Part shown: positions 54,018 through 55,316 of the stretch, piece by piece | How positions within the stretch are numbered: position 1 is the stretch's first letter | Layout of the letters: the number at the start of each line of letters is the position of its first letter | From: a virus | Taxonomy: Duplodnaviria; Caudoviricetes | Virus record (IMG/VR): IMGVR_UViG_3300037485_000169 | Span: 1 to 55,316 of that record | Reading direction: 5' to 3' (one strand) | Length of the DNA: 55,316 nucleotides | Position numbers and translations under genes: made by a program | Notes under the pieces: model-generated | Databases searched by the model: none | What the model saw: only the letters and a program-made list of their open reading frames with translations | What the model was told of the DNA's origin: nothing

Positions 54018-54868
54018 TAGTTTGCTCCCATGAATACGGACATTGCGTCCATGATTTTGCGTGCTTCTGCGGCTGTATCCTGCCGGACATCGAGGTCATT
54101 ACGCAGGGTATCAGGGTGGAAATCCAACAGCTTGCGCTCGACCTGTTGCCGCATGTTCTCAAGGTTCGGGTCTTCAGCTATGTTCAGACGTGTCAGTAGG
54201 TCACATGTCTCCCTTGCGTTGTCGATCATACTGTCACGGAAGATATTCTTGGGGTCGGATAGCTTCTCGGTGATATGTTCCACATGCTTGTACAGCCGAT
54301 GCCAACAGTCATTCATCGCCTCTTGCTGGATCGAAGTCATCCGGCTTTCGAGGTCCTCTTGGATACGGGTAAGCTCATCGCTGGACAGTGCCACACGGAA
54401 GTCATTGCTAGGCACAGGGAAAATACCCATGTCCATGTTGAACTTACCCATGATGCTGTCCTTGGATGGATAGTCCTTCTCGTCGTACAGATCACCCAGC
54501 CACCGCTTGGCCTCGGCTACCAGATACTCATAGTTGTCGAGGAATGTGGTAACTAGCGTCTGCCACTCGGACTTTTCCTTGCGGAAATCCTGCATGAACT
54601 GGAGGTAGTTGGCACTAGGTAACATGCGTGTACCATCGATGCCCCATGGCAGGGTGTTCTTAGCAAATTTCTCACGGATAACACCAGTCTTCTGATGCAC
54701 GTTGGCAAGCAGATCGTTGAGCGGCAGGAGAGACTTGTTGTACCGGCCAGCACTGGTGCTGGCACGGTTGATATCGGCGACATCCTTGGTCGCTTTCTTG
54801 TCGAGTTTACGTGCCGTCCACTGTGATATGGACAGGCTAACGAGAAGGGCACGGTCATTGAGTTTCAT
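54017..54868 (-). CDS. Helical protein of the AAA/vWA module (DUF3150-like)
   Basis: ISQWTARKLD...TLPW...DYP; GGAG RBS before ATG 54868. Confidence 0.65.
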   Translation of the reverse strand: MKLNDRALLVSLSISQWTARKLDKKATKDVADINRASTSAGRYNKSLLPLNDLLANVHQKTGVIREKFAKNTLPWGIDGTRMLPSANYLQFMQDFRKEKSEWQTLVTTFLDNYEYLVAEAKRWLGDLYDEKDYPSKDSIMGKFNMDMGIFPVPSNDFRVALSSDELTRIQEDLESRMTSIQQEAMNDCWHRLYKHVEHITEKLSDPKNIFRDSMIDNARETCDLLTRLNIAEDPNLENMRQQVERKLLDFHPDTLRNDLDVRQDTAAEARKIMDAMSVFMGAN

Positions 54869-54882
54869 AGTAATATACTCCA

Positions 54883-55083
54883 CTATTTGCCAAGCAGACG
54901 CTGCTTGGTTTTGAAAACGAGGTAATCTTCAGGGTAATCCGCCGTCAGTTCTACGAGTCGCTTGACTGCTACCTGCCTAACCTTGGTACTGGCATCCAGC
55001 ATGTTAGAGAGATGTCCCAACCTGATGTGAAGATGTGGCTGACGCTCCCTAAGAAACACCAGCCACTGCCTGACCCCATCCAT
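54883..55083 (-). CDS. Small hypothetical protein
   Basis: TGATG coupling to the ATPase stop. Confidence 0.55.
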   Translation of the reverse strand: MDGVRQWLVFLRERQPHLHIRLGHLSNMLDASTKVRQVAVKRLVELTADYPEDYLVFKTKQRLLGK

Positions 55084-55316
55084 CAGAACAGCACGTCCTG
55101 ATGAGCAAGGCTCCACTTGATGAACGCTTGTGTCGCAGACAGGTCAGGGTCACGACGAACCGCTTGACTGATCATAAGCACAGAGAACTCAGCAGGCATA
55201 CGTTCGGCGTAGGTAACGGCACGGTCCATGTTACCGTCAGTGATCCGTGCAGCAAGCGACCCAGACAGAGCGTATAGAGTAGCCGGATCAGTCGGCACGT
55301 CAGCAGATGACGGGTT
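55083..55316 (-). CDS. AAA+ ATPase, 3' part (continuation of 1-908)
   Basis: In frame across the terminal overlap; stop TGA at 55085-55083. Confidence 0.85.
   Translation of the reverse strand, partial: NPSSADVPTDPATLYALSGSLAARITDGNMDRAVTYAERMPAEFSVLMISQAVRRDPDLSATQAFIKWSLAHQDVLF
55171..55316. repeat. Terminal direct repeat, copy 2
   Basis: Matches 1-146 with one mismatch. Confidence 0.97.

Overview
The window is an essentially complete, circularly permuted genome of a tailed dsDNA phage with podovirus-like gene content. The unit length is about 55,170 bp, because bases 1-146 recur at 55171-55316 with one mismatch. The rightward arm (4391-40143) encodes terminases, portal, scaffold, major capsid protein, several tailspikes/fibres, a cluster of tiny basic proteins, a lysis cassette, tail nozzle and ejection proteins, including a 2446-aa polyvalent-type protein. 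The leftward arm runs from 4038 to 1 and wraps through 55316 to 40140. It encodes small early genes, an AAA ATPase/vWA module, a family A DNA polymerase with Leu at the 762-equivalent position, a PD-(D/E)XK nuclease, VRR-NUC, an SNF2 helicase and a primase-helicase. I saw no integrase, RNA polymerase, tRNA, CRISPR array or reverse transcriptase. The standout non-coding feature is a textbook type II hammerhead ribozyme (2045-2100, minus strand) that fills an intergenic gap of the early operon. Next to it is an AT-rich control region with IHF sites, a DnaA box and a repeated GTGTATAGTTA box, followed by a boxA-like structured leader, a purine-pyrimidine alternating tract and an apparently leaderless terS promoter. 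Product names come from motifs and synteny read by eye; no database searches were run.
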